The notes under the pieces were generated by a model. The model was not told where the DNA came from. It was given only the letters and a program-made list of their open reading frames with translations, and did no database searches. The translations under genes and the position numbers were made by a program. DNA of 64,000 nucleotides from a virus. Of the stretch, positions 49,141 to 58,045 are shown piece by piece. Position 1 is the first letter of the stretch. Each line of letters starts with the position of its first letter. The DNA lies in the IMG/VR virus record IMGVR_UViG_3300008113_000014, positions 44,864-108,863 of that record; one strand, written 5' to 3'.

Positions 49141-49547
49141 TGTGTCTCCTCAACTGGCAATAGCTTCTTTAGTTCTTTATATTCTGATGATATTTTTTTC
49201 ATTGAATGATAATGTGGATAAGCTGAACCAACTTCACCATATTCATCAAAGTATGCTATCTCTGGTTCAACCTCATTTACAAAATGAGAAACTCCTTTTT
49301 GAATATCTTCAATATATTCATATGCCCAATCACGAGAATCAGAAAGAAATTTAATAAAGTTTTCTTTGTGAACATCATTGTTTAAATCATCATTGTTCTT
49401 TAATGAAGAAAGACTTTCAATTTTTGAATATGCTACAGATAATACTTTTACTGCATCTCTTAGTTTTAATATCTTTAATAATAAAAATATACTAAGGATA
49501 GATGGAGCTATCGCTATAAAGGATAATGCTATGTTCATTGTTGTCAT
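49137..49547 (-). CDS. Membrane-anchored hypothetical protein
   Basis: N-terminal TM helix; coupled ORF. Confidence 0.65.
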   Translation of the reverse strand: MTTMNIALSFIAIAPSILSIFLLLKILKLRDAVKVLSVAYSKIESLSSLKNNDDLNNDVHKENFIKFLSDSRDWAYEYIEDIQKGVSHFVNEVEPEIAYFDEYGEVGSAYPHYHSMKKISSEYKELKKLLPVEETQ

Positions 49548-49774
49548 TTAATTGCCTCTCTTGATACTAAAACTATTGCGCCTTCCATCTCTAATGCTTT
49601 TTTTAACTGAACCACATATTGTAATGCTTCTATTTTTTCATTATGTCCCATTTTAAGAAAATGATATTCATTCAACTTGATTGTTAAAAAATGCTCATTG
49701 TCAATTAGCTCTACCTGAAAATTTTTAGGGGAAATTATAGAGTGAAAAGCTCTACGCATATTATCTGTGTACAT
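49544..49774 (-). CDS. Hypothetical protein
   Basis: Coupled ORF in operon. Confidence 0.65.
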   Translation of the reverse strand: MYTDNMRRAFHSIISPKNFQVELIDNEHFLTIKLNEYHFLKMGHNEKIEALQYVVQLKKALEMEGAIVLVSREAIK

Positions 49775-50076
49775 TATTTTTTATCTTTTCTATCTACAAA
49801 GTTAAAGATATCTTCCAATGATTCCCAGCCAAGATCTTCAACAACTTCTAATGCTGCTAAAAATATGTCCCAGGTTTCATATACATATTGTTTAGCTAAC
49901 TGTGTTGGCTCTACAAGCTCATTATCAATTAAAAATGCAATAGGCAAACCAATATCGTTATACTCAATAAAATCTTTAAAGTATTTATCATTCTTATAGT
50001 CCATCCATAGTTCACCAAGAATTGAACAGATTGATTCAAAACTACTTACTTGGTGTCCATTGTTAGAGTTTTCCAT
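49774..50076 (-). CDS. Hypothetical protein, paralog of 36156-36422
   Basis: ILGELW...FIEYNDIGLP. Confidence 0.7.
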   Translation of the reverse strand: MENSNNGHQVSSFESICSILGELWMDYKNDKYFKDFIEYNDIGLPIAFLIDNELVEPTQLAKQYVYETWDIFLAALEVVEDLGWESLEDIFNFVDRKDKK

Positions 50077-50333
50077 ACTTCACCCCACTGCTCCTTTGTT
50101 CTATGCTTACTAAACTCTCTAGATATTTCGCCATTTTCTAAGTATATACCGCCCCAAATTCCCCACTCTTTTCCTGATACTCCATTAGCAAAGCATACTT
50201 TTTGAACTGGACAGGCCTGACAAAGATTATCTATTATTGGTCTGATTAGTTCATCATCTTCATATTTATCAAAAAATAAATTTGTATCCATATCAAAGCA
50301 GGCGCCATTATCTTTCCATAGGTGCTGCTCCAT
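50046..50333 (-). CDS. whiB: WhiB-family Fe-S transcription factor
   Basis: W...GAC......FF...CQACPVQKVC...GIWGG. Confidence 0.92.
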   Translation of the reverse strand: MEQHLWKDNGACFDMDTNLFFDKYEDDELIRPIIDNLCQACPVQKVCFANGVSGKEWGIWGGIYLENGEISREFSKHRTKEQWGEVWKTLTMDTK

Positions 50334-50335
50334 AT

Positions 50336-50545
50336 CTACACCTTATATCTATTTGGAATATCCCAGCCATTACGATCAGGTACAAATGTTTTTGCCAGAT
50401 ACCATTTGCCTTTACGATAGATTCCATTGATTGCAGTCTTGGCAATATCAGACTGTTTAGTTTCTACAACTGTCCAACCATCCCAGTGTAGATTATAGTT
50501 CTTTGAAACAATTTTTTCCATTGTTTGCAAATTATTGACGATCAT
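50336..50545 (-). CDS. Hypothetical protein
   Basis: LHWDGWTV; operon context. Confidence 0.65.
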   Translation of the reverse strand: MIVNNLQTMEKIVSKNYNLHWDGWTVVETKQSDIAKTAINGIYRKGKWYLAKTFVPDRNGWDIPNRYKV

Positions 50546-50555
50546 TTTTTACCCC

Positions 50556-50906
50556 TTAGTATCTGAAAATTCCTACTTCAATATTATTTTTTTCAGCAAC
50601 TGACACAAGCTTTGATAAAGGTTGTTTAGGTTTGCTTAAATAAATAAGATAGTTTACGTGCAATATGTTTTCTTCAACCCATGATGTAGGTGCTTTAAAG
50701 AATTTTATTTTTCTGCCACGAGATTTAAAACCACGTTCAGACAGATTACAAAACTCAGACACAAAAGAATTAATAGCAGCAGGTCCTGCAGCATATACTG
50801 TTAATTCTTTATCTCCTTCTTTCATCCCAGAAAGAGCAACACCCATAGCACGAAGAAAGACTTGGTAGTCATTAAAGTCAGTTGTTCCATGCACCGCTAC
50901 TATCAT
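50556..50906 (-). CDS. SLOG/YspA-like (DUF2493-like) protein
   Basis: MIVAV.GT.DFNDY N-terminal motif. Confidence 0.55.
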   Translation of the reverse strand: MIVAVHGTTDFNDYQVFLRAMGVALSGMKEGDKELTVYAAGPAAINSFVSEFCNLSERGFKSRGRKIKFFKAPTSWVEENILHVNYLIYLSKPKQPLSKLVSVAEKNNIEVGIFRY

Positions 50907-51297
50907 CAGAATTTCCATTCTTTAAGCTATCCAATATGAATAGCATTTTATCAATATCCCGCTTTGACATATTGTTTGTATCAACTGGCCTTACAGTATC
51001 TGGATTTACTAAACCTTCTACTGTATCTGCCACATAAAACATATTGTCATGTACCCAATATGCCTGACCTTCTATTATTAAAACCTTCACCGTATTACTA
51101 CGCATATGCTTTCTTGCTTGAGAAAGCGGTTTTGGTATTTCAAAAAGATCTTTTGGAATAAAGTTTTTTACTATTTGATGTATATCGCTTTGTGTATATA
51201 CAACCTTAATAAAATACTTTTTACTTCTTTTTACTGCTATTATAATTATAGAGGATGTAACAAGCAATGTCAAGCCAATGGCTAATATATATGTCAT
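50878..51297 (-). CDS. Membrane-anchored hypothetical protein
   Basis: N-terminal TM helix. Confidence 0.65.
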   Translation of the reverse strand: MTYILAIGLTLLVTSSIIIIAVKRSKKYFIKVVYTQSDIHQIVKNFIPKDLFEIPKPLSQARKHMRSNTVKVLIIEGQAYWVHDNMFYVADTVEGLVNPDTVRPVDTNNMSKRDIDKMLFILDSLKNGNSDDSSGAWNN

Positions 51298-51450
51298 ACT
51301 CTCCCCGTTAAATAGACTAATCTTTCTTAGGATGTTTTACAGTATAGTTATCAATAATAGATTTTATAGTACCATTTTTGTTTAAACGGACAATTTTTCC
51401 ATCTTTGATCTGTGTAGCATTAAAAGATCCAGCTTTTCTTTTTGGCATTA

Positions 51451-52443
51451 TTACTCAACATTCTTTTTAGTTTGAAATATTTGTATTAGTTGCTGGGATG
51501 TTGTATGGTCTTTTCCAAAATCAGCAAACAAAGCCTTATCTTTTTCACGATTAACAATTCCTCTTGACCAAGAGAATCCTGCGTCTCCACCCCATGCAAG
51601 CCACATAATGTATCCATTAGAAGGATTTGCTGTGTTTCCCCAGTCCTTGCCCTTTTTGTCTACTTCATGACGTGAGAAATATGAGTACATTCTCTTAACT
51701 GTACTAAGAGATATTGTTTCTCCTCTTGCTAACTGCCCTGCACGAGTCCAGCCAACTGCAGTACCTGCACCAGTTGCTTTGCCATCTTCCTTAAACTTAA
51801 TTGCTCTACGAGCAGCAGATCTTGCTCCTGCTGGTGGAGAATAACCTTCAGCCTTTGACAATGAATCTGTTTCGTATTCAACTGTATCATCATCTTCAAA
51901 TAAATCATTTGCTTTTGCAGCAGGAACACAGTTAGGAACTGGTTTACCATTTTTACCTGGCTTCATTCCACGCTGTACATATCCATCCCAGCATGGTGCT
52001 TTCTTGTTCATTTCTTCTCCACAAACTGGACAGTCTGGACAGTCAACATTCATTTCTTTACATGTTTCACATCCACAACCTTCGTATGCCTTGCTAACTG
52101 ACGATGAATCATTGCAACAGTGTGACTTACCAATTGATGAATCATACATTGCCATTGCCACTTCTGAATCCATTTCTTTTTCTTTCATAGAGTGATTATT
52201 TATATCAATAATTTCAGCATCCTTGTACATCATTCCAATGCTGTATGCTGTTGGTTCCCATGTACCGTCTTCTTCTTCGTAAATTCTAACAGCCATTGCT
52301 GGGTTTTCTGGTGGCATTGATTCAATTGCATACTCTGTTCCAGGAACACCATAGGTGCCACCTTCACTCATAATATGCTCTACCATGCCATGAATCATAC
52401 CCTCTGATGTCATGCCCATAACAAAGTCGCCTTCTTTTATCAT
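51451..52443 (-). CDS. Multidomain phage protein (possibly head-associated)
   Basis: Cys clusters, PCWDGY...VPNCVP module, GT.VGW.RA.QLA...RMYSYFSRH...W.AWGGD domain. Confidence 0.55.
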   Translation of the reverse strand: MIKEGDFVMGMTSEGMIHGMVEHIMSEGGTYGVPGTEYAIESMPPENPAMAVRIYEEEDGTWEPTAYSIGMMYKDAEIIDINNHSMKEKEMDSEVAMAMYDSSIGKSHCCNDSSSVSKAYEGCGCETCKEMNVDCPDCPVCGEEMNKKAPCWDGYVQRGMKPGKNGKPVPNCVPAAKANDLFEDDDTVEYETDSLSKAEGYSPPAGARSAARRAIKFKEDGKATGAGTAVGWTRAGQLARGETISLSTVKRMYSYFSRHEVDKKGKDWGNTANPSNGYIMWLAWGGDAGFSWSRGIVNREKDKALFADFGKDHTTSQQLIQIFQTKKNVE

Positions 52444-52455
52444 ATACTGATTATA

Positions 52456-52839
52456 TCAGAGTTCTTGTTTGCCTACTACCCTTTTAAGCTCTTGTATAGA
52501 CCATTTTTCTTGCTTGGAAAGCCTACTCACTTCTTCTGGATTGTATGCCTTTTCATTTAACGATATAAGTGGATCATCTTTAAAGAAATCTATATCTACA
52601 TACCCTTTTTCCCATAGAGCCATGAGTTCATCATTAACAAAATTTAAGTGATCATTATATAAATCAGGCATAAGTTCTTTAACTTTTGGGGTAAACAAAT
52701 ATAGCATTTCTCCAGTCTCAGGGTCAACTCCTGCAACCTCTAAACCACCCTCAAGAATTAAGTCATCTATTATCTGACTTATAGCATCATCATCAAACAT
52801 CCGTGAAGTCCAAGAATTCTTGACGAGTTTTTGCACCAT
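52456..52839 (-). CDS. Hypothetical protein
   Basis: GLEVAGVDPETGE..Y...LWEKG; probable start MFDDD. Confidence 0.6.
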   Translation of the reverse strand: MVQKLVKNSWTSRMFDDDAISQIIDDLILEGGLEVAGVDPETGEMLYLFTPKVKELMPDLYNDHLNFVNDELMALWEKGYVDIDFFKDDPLISLNEKAYNPEEVSRLSKQEKWSIQELKRVVGKQEL

Positions 52840-53044
52840 TCATTCTTTTAACTTCTACGCCATCTTGAATTAATATATATGTTGGTATAGATTTAATTCC
52901 AAACTGTTCTGACAACTCTATCTCTGTATCTACATCAACGTATAAGAAATCAATCATTCCTTCACGCTTAAGCTCATCTGTAATTGGCCTAGTGCGTTGG
53001 CAAGGATTACACCAGTCAGCAGTAAAGTATAGTACGTGCTTCAC
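52793..53044 (-). CDS. Thioredoxin
   Basis: FTADWCNPC, IPT cis-Pro motif. Confidence 0.92.
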   Translation of the reverse strand: MKHVLYFTADWCNPCQRTRPITDELKREGMIDFLYVDVDTEIELSEQFGIKSIPTYILIQDGVEVKRMNGAKTRQEFLDFTDV

Positions 53045-53448
53045 TTACCAGACTTCTTTCTAACTTTTGCAAGCAGGGCAAAGTCTTTAACCTTTGTGTC
53101 TCCAAGATATCCCCAAGCATAACCATCATTGATCATCATGTCATTAAGAGATACAGTGTTTCCATCTATATATACCCAGCCTAAAATGCGACCATACTTC
53201 TCAGATGAGTCCATCTTTTCAGTCTTGATCACAACAGACTTAGCATCCTTAAGAGACTTCTTTAAATACTCCTTGGCTTCTAGCCCTAGAGCCTTCTCAG
53301 CAAGATCCTTTGTGCGGGACTCTGGGGTATCAATACCAGCCAATCTAACACGAGATGCAAATAGGATATCAAACCCCAAATCAATAAGAACGTCAATGGT
53401 ATCTCCATCTACTACATTCTCTACTTTTCTTACATAGTATTCATACAT
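53041..53448 (-). CDS. Thermonuclease (SNase-like)
   Basis: VVDGDTI...RVRLAGIDTPE...KYGRILG. Confidence 0.92.
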   Translation of the reverse strand: MYEYYVRKVENVVDGDTIDVLIDLGFDILFASRVRLAGIDTPESRTKDLAEKALGLEAKEYLKKSLKDAKSVVIKTEKMDSSEKYGRILGWVYIDGNTVSLNDMMINDGYAWGYLGDTKVKDFALLAKVRKKSGK

Positions 53449-53660
53449 TATTTTCTCCCCCATTTAACTTTATTCCAACCACGCTCATGGAAGTAATAAA
53501 GAATTGTTTTTGTAAATACCTCAAAACTTGCGATTGCACCTGCTGTTACTGGCTCTTTGGTTATTACCCAAGAAATAACGAAGGTGTCTGCTGTCCCAAT
53601 TATACGCCAAGTGATGGCCTTTAGTGCTGATCTTTGCTTGGATACATTCATGATGGCCAC
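53448..53660 (-). CDS. DUF2061 membrane protein
   Basis: RS.LKAITWR...YYFHERGW. Confidence 0.85.
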   Translation of the reverse strand: MAIMNVSKQRSALKAITWRIIGTADTFVISWVITKEPVTAGAIASFEVFTKTILYYFHERGWNKVKWGRK

Positions 53661-53696
53661 TCAATATTGTTTGGCTTGGTTATTAAGTTCCAGACT

Positions 53697-54458
53697 TTAG
53701 ATACCCATTTCTTTACGTTTTTGCGTAGCCGATATAGCATGAATGTCTGCCCCCAAATCTACTTGTTCAATCTTATATCCTACATCACGACCATAAACAA
53801 TGTTAGTAATGTTAGGTAGTCTTAATACTAATGCGCCATCCATAAATTCATCTTTGGCAATATACTCTTTTACCTGATCAAACTTAAGGGGGTCCTTCTC
53901 ACTTGTGTTGTAGGTATTACGGACTCCAAGAAGTACTTGGTCAGTTCTCTTGCCAGCTTCCCTGTAAAGGGCGTGGTGGCCCTCGTGCCAAGGCTGGTAC
54001 CTACCCAGCATGAGCGTAGTAGGTGCAGACCAATCATGAAGACTAAACTTATCAATGATATGAGATGACTTTGCTTCTGCATCTAGGTTGTGACTAATGA
54101 ATGATACATCAAACTCTGTTGGTCGTTCAAACATCTTATTAGTGTCTTCAAAACGACCCTCTGCAATTGTGTCCATGAATACCAAAATGTCTGGCTTACC
54201 AAATGCTACACGAGTTAGATCTGTTGGACATACAAAATCAACGATTACTGGAGCAACACCTTGCTTAGAAATAAGTCTTGCCATCTCGCCCATGCGACGA
54301 GCCTGCTCAATTCTGTCTTCTGGTGCAAAACCTAAATCTGAATTGACTGTTGCACGGACTTCATCTGCATTAAGATGAATAGCATTAATGCGTTCTTTGA
54401 GTGCCTTGGCTAACTCTGTCTTTCCTGAACCTGGGAGACCTATAATCTGAATTATCAT
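53697..54458 (-). CDS. cysC: Adenylylsulfate kinase fused to a HIGH-family nucleotidyltransferase domain
   Basis: GLPGSGKT, DEVR...DLGF..EDR; C-terminal GRYQPWHEGH and ISAT..R. Confidence 0.8.
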   Translation of the reverse strand: MIIQIIGLPGSGKTELAKALKERINAIHLNADEVRATVNSDLGFAPEDRIEQARRMGEMARLISKQGVAPVIVDFVCPTDLTRVAFGKPDILVFMDTIAEGRFEDTNKMFERPTEFDVSFISHNLDAEAKSSHIIDKFSLHDWSAPTTLMLGRYQPWHEGHHALYREAGKRTDQVLLGVRNTYNTSEKDPLKFDQVKEYIAKDEFMDGALVLRLPNITNIVYGRDVGYKIEQVDLGADIHAISATQKRKEMGI

Positions 54459-54721
54459 GCGTGTGGTTCTTCTTTTGCTTTGTTTTCAATTAGCTTATCA
54501 CGTTCATCAACTATTGTAATTGCAAATGACATCATTTTTTTATATCCTTCTTTATTATTCATAATCTTATTATAGTGATGTCCACAAAACATAAGATCCC
54601 CATCAATTCCAGTAACCTGTACTAATGCTTCTGCAGCGCATGAATCACAGCGATCTTTTGGACTCAATGTCCACTCTTTTTCAATAATGTTTTCTGTAGT
54701 TGTCATATTCATAGTATACAC
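54455..54721 (-). CDS. Actinobacterial-type zinc-binding protein
   Basis: DRCDSC...LMFCGHH...VDER. Confidence 0.7.
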   Translation of the reverse strand: MYTMNMTTTENIIEKEWTLSPKDRCDSCAAEALVQVTGIDGDLMFCGHHYNKIMNNKEGYKKMMSFAITIVDERDKLIENKAKEEPHA

Positions 54722-54913
54722 TTACTTTCTATTGTCAGTGGAATAAAATCCAGTACCGTTAAAAACAGCTCCTACATTAGAGTATACACGAACTAGAGTA
54801 TGATTACAAGTTTCACAGTTATATCCAGGGTCTTCTTCTTTAATAGATCTTTCTTTTGTATACCTTGTTGCACAAGGCATGCAGTCATATTCATATACTG
54901 GCATAATTAACAA
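54722..54913 (-). CDS. FmdB-family zinc-ribbon protein
   Basis: MPVYEYDC..C...C..C...FNGTGFYSTD. Confidence 0.88.
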   Translation of the reverse strand: MLIMPVYEYDCMPCATRYTKERSIKEEDPGYNCETCNHTLVRVYSNVGAVFNGTGFYSTDNRK

Positions 54914-55515
54914 TCATGAATCCAAGTAACAATGGCATATTTTGTACCAGATTTAACTGGATGAGCAATATGTCTATAAGCGTAATTAGATGGAAAAACT
55001 ATCAAAGATCCAGCTTTTGGCTTAATTTTAATTCCAAAGTTAACGAATTCAATCTCCCCTCCCTCATAGTTATCATTTAAATAAAGTATTGGAGAAACAG
55101 CTCTTTTAGAAGATGTGTCACCATCATAATGTGATTTAAAATATTGTGATTCTACATATTTTAATAGGCTATTTCCTTCTCTATAAACAAGTGGTTGATG
55201 AATATCAAAAGTTATTTTATAGCTGTATAAACATTTTTTAAGAATTTTATCAAACTTGCTGTTAATATTTTTTAAGTCTACATTTAATTCTGAGCATTGC
55301 TTTAAAGAAAGAGCAGAGTTAGTTCTTACCGATTCTAATCCCTTTGCTCCATCTTCTTCACTTTTAATTTTTGCTTTTTGGAAAGATACTATGAGGTTTG
55401 GGTCTGAAGATATACCGTTTAAAATAATTATATCTTCAGCCAAATCATCCCAAACATCCTCATAAATAGCAATTGCACCAGCAACAATAGTTGTTGGATT
55501 AATTAAATCTAGCAA
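54907..55515 (-). CDS. 2OG-Fe(II) oxygenase
   Basis: HYD...YLNDNYEGGEI...FPSNYAYRH...GTKY. Confidence 0.9.
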   Translation of the reverse strand: MLDLINPTTIVAGAIAIYEDVWDDLAEDIIILNGISSDPNLIVSFQKAKIKSEEDGAKGLESVRTNSALSLKQCSELNVDLKNINSKFDKILKKCLYSYKITFDIHQPLVYREGNSLLKYVESQYFKSHYDGDTSSKRAVSPILYLNDNYEGGEIEFVNFGIKIKPKAGSLIVFPSNYAYRHIAHPVKSGTKYAIVTWIHDC

Positions 55516-55521
55516 TCTTGA

Positions 55522-55722
55522 TCACTTGACCTTATGTCCGAATTTAACCCAAACTCTTTCATGAAGGAAATATCCAAGTGCTTCCCAGCCAATATAAATA
55601 AGGGCACCAAGACTTGCATACTCCCACTCACCAGTAAACAAATAGATTACACCAGCAACACCAACAAGATGAAAGGTTTCCCAACTTGCTGTTTTAAGTA
55701 GAGTTCTTTTTGTTGATTCCAT
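55522..55722 (-). CDS. DUF2061 membrane protein (second copy)
   Basis: RTLLKTASW...YFLHERVW. Confidence 0.75.
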   Translation of the reverse strand: MESTKRTLLKTASWETFHLVGVAGVIYLFTGEWEYASLGALIYIGWEALGYFLHERVWVKFGHKVK

Positions 55723-56352
55723 TTATTTGGTTTTCTTAACTACTGGCTTAATCTCTTTTGGTAATGCTTTTTTAACTGGTGCTGCAACAGGCTTATTCGG
55801 CGTTTCTGGTGCAACCATCTTATTTAGTAATTGAGCATTTTCTTCACCAGTGTAAACTGGACGACCCCAACCAACAACAGCGTTGACCAACTTCTTTTTA
55901 TTATTCTTTACATATGCACGAGTTTTTTCTACGCACATTCCACCGTTGCGCTGATCTCCCTTTGCAGTTCCTGAAGTGTTTCCTTCAATAACTTGTATCG
56001 TTCCATCACCATTGTTCTTAATGCAAATACCTACATGCGAAATACGATTTACACCATCATCTGGGAAATCAAAATAGATCCAGTCTCCTGCTTGTGGATC
56101 ATCATTACGTGCATCTGACCAACGACCCTCTTTCTTAAACTGATCTGACGCTGCTACTGTTGATGCAGACTTAGGGAATGACTTAACTCCCGCTGTGAAT
56201 GCACACCAAGAAACAAAGCTTTGGCACCATGGTTGGAAGTTAACCTTCATCCATGCACCGTACTTTGTTTCGTTATCTTTTGGACCTTCAATAGTCCCCA
56301 GTTCTTTCTTTGCAACCTCAATAATTGCTTCTAATGATCCTTTAATTGCCAT
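55723..56352 (-). CDS. CHAP-domain peptidoglycan amidase (endolysin candidate)
   Basis: PWCQSFVSW, GDWIYF, SHVGI, IEGNT. Confidence 0.9.
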   Translation of the reverse strand: MAIKGSLEAIIEVAKKELGTIEGPKDNETKYGAWMKVNFQPWCQSFVSWCAFTAGVKSFPKSASTVAASDQFKKEGRWSDARNDDPQAGDWIYFDFPDDGVNRISHVGICIKNNGDGTIQVIEGNTSGTAKGDQRNGGMCVEKTRAYVKNNKKKLVNAVVGWGRPVYTGEENAQLLNKMVAPETPNKPVAAPVKKALPKEIKPVVKKTK

Positions 56353-56386
56353 GGTACCCTCCTATAGGTTTATATCTATTATAGCA

Positions 56387-56662
56387 TTAGGAGGCTTTAG
56401 ATGTCAAACGAATATATGTCCTTATTCTGTGACAATTGGCACATACTACTTCGCATTTTGCTATCTCTTTTTTAATGGCTGCCCACGAAAATCCATCATG
56501 AATCATTCTAGATACGTTGTATTTTTTATCTTTTAGATGATCAAAATCTAAGACTATTGGATTAGTTAATCCACAGTCTGCACACCCAGAGTTTTGTTTT
56601 ATTTCTGAGAGTCTTTTTTTTAACTGTTGCTTATTGTAATGTTCTAACTCTTTGTTAGTCAT
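56387..56662 (-). CDS. Small HNH-like nuclease
   Basis: CADCG...LDFDH...EIAKCEVVCANCHRIRT. Confidence 0.85.
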   Translation of the reverse strand: MTNKELEHYNKQQLKKRLSEIKQNSGCADCGLTNPIVLDFDHLKDKKYNVSRMIHDGFSWAAIKKEIAKCEVVCANCHRIRTYIRLTSKAS

Positions 56663-56679
56663 AATATATAATAAGGTAT

Positions 56680-57435
56680 TTAGTTATTAAGAATAGACTT
56701 ATGTCCAGAAATTGCAAGCTCAATATCTTTACAAATTAAATCGTATTCTTCTTCAAAAACCTTCTTAGATCTTCCTATGCCAATCATGACTGGATGCCCA
56801 GCTTCTGTTAGAGAATCACTAAGTGTTTTTTCTATGTCATAGTTTAATACTGTGCAATGATAGTGCTTAATGACATATCCATCCTTGTCAATTAAATATT
56901 TTTCAAAATTACCGCCCATGAATTCACCTTCATCAAATCCTAGGTTTAGCCACCAAGAATAGTAATCCTGTGAAACCTTTATTCCAAGTCTGTGATTTGT
57001 CTGCTTTAATTCTCTCATTTGAGTAGCTATTTCTTGATACATTGGGTGAACTGGAAGGTTGTCTTGACCTAAACCATTTTTTCCATGGGCATCTGAAGTT
57101 GATGGGTGTGGATTAGATCCAACCATTTCAGAATACTTAAAGGTTACTCCGTATACATCTTCCCCGTAGTTTTTAGAATCTAGTCCACAAGTAATACCTT
57201 CTGACCATTTGCCTTTAGTAACTCCTGGACCACAGTAATCATTGGTTGGAATACCTATAACCTGAAAATCATCACCACCATATTTTTCTTGAAGCCACTG
57301 TAAAACTTCTAGCTGATTAGCATTACCGCATCCAACAGTAGTGTTAACAATCATTGTTACTTTCCCTTTAAATTGATCAAGAAAGTTAGGGGTTCCTTCT
57401 GCGGAGTTTAATTGAATGTCATAGATTGATTTCAT
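56680..57435 (-). CDS. Glutathione peroxidase family protein (Cys-type)
   Basis: KGKV..IVN...CG...Q, G.P.ND, NFEKYLIDKDG. Confidence 0.85.
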   Translation of the reverse strand: MKSIYDIQLNSAEGTPNFLDQFKGKVTMIVNTTVGCGNANQLEVLQWLQEKYGGDDFQVIGIPTNDYCGPGVTKGKWSEGITCGLDSKNYGEDVYGVTFKYSEMVGSNPHPSTSDAHGKNGLGQDNLPVHPMYQEIATQMRELKQTNHRLGIKVSQDYYSWWLNLGFDEGEFMGGNFEKYLIDKDGYVIKHYHCTVLNYDIEKTLSDSLTEAGHPVMIGIGRSKKVFEEEYDLICKDIELAISGHKSILNN

Positions 57436-57462
57436 AACTTGATTGTATCATATTTTAAAAAG

Positions 57463-57544
57463 CCCCACACAGGCAATTCACCTGACTTGCGCCACGGTCT
57501 CTATCCAATGGGTAACTAATCCATCACTAAGGTCCTGTGTGGGG
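57463..57544 (-). ncRNA. Candidate structured RNA (three-way junction) downstream of hsp20
   Basis: 11-bp closing stem CCCCACACAGG/CCTGTGTGGGG plus two internal hairpins, one with a GCAA tetraloop. Confidence 0.5.
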
Positions 57545-57558
57545 ACTATTTAATTGTA

Positions 57559-57975
57559 CTACTTGATTTTGATTGTTTTAGGCTTCTTTTCTTCAGGAAC
57601 AACACGAACAATGCTGATTGTTAGCAATCCGTCTTTTAGTTCAGCACTAGACACTTCCATATATTCTCCAAGAGCAAAGGATCGTACAAATTTACGTCCA
57701 GCAATACCCTTGTGAACAACTTCAGCATCTGTTACTTCTACAATATCACCCTTGATAATTAGTGTTCCATTATCTACTGAAACATCAATATCATTTTTTG
57801 TAAATCCCGCAATTGCAACGGATAATCTATATGTATCTTCATCCAATTTAATAAGATCATATGGAGGATATGATTGTAGATTTGTTTTATGTGCTGTGTT
57901 TAAACGACTTAGCTCCCTATTGAAGCCAATAAAAAAAGGATCATTGAAAAGATCCATAGCGAATTGATTTACCAT
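57559..57975 (-). CDS. Small heat-shock protein (Hsp20, IbpA-like)
   Basis: YPPYD, A.AGF, HKGIA.R.F.RSF.L, A.LKDGLL.I, I.I tail. Confidence 0.93.
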   Translation of the reverse strand: MVNQFAMDLFNDPFFIGFNRELSRLNTAHKTNLQSYPPYDLIKLDEDTYRLSVAIAGFTKNDIDVSVDNGTLIIKGDIVEVTDAEVVHKGIAGRKFVRSFALGEYMEVSSAELKDGLLTISIVRVVPEEKKPKTIKIK

Positions 57976-57976
57976 T

Positions 57977-57999
57977 TTATTCCCCTTTCAAGCGAATAA
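57977..57999 (-). promoter_or_regulatory. ROSE-like RNA thermometer hairpin covering the hsp20 RBS
   Basis: mRNA UUAUUCGCUU-gaa-AGGGGAAUAA; UCGCU lies opposite the Shine-Dalgarno sequence. Confidence 0.55.
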
Positions 58000-58045
58000 G
58001 TTAATGTACCCCCGCAGGCAGTACATATATATTATATCATATCTC

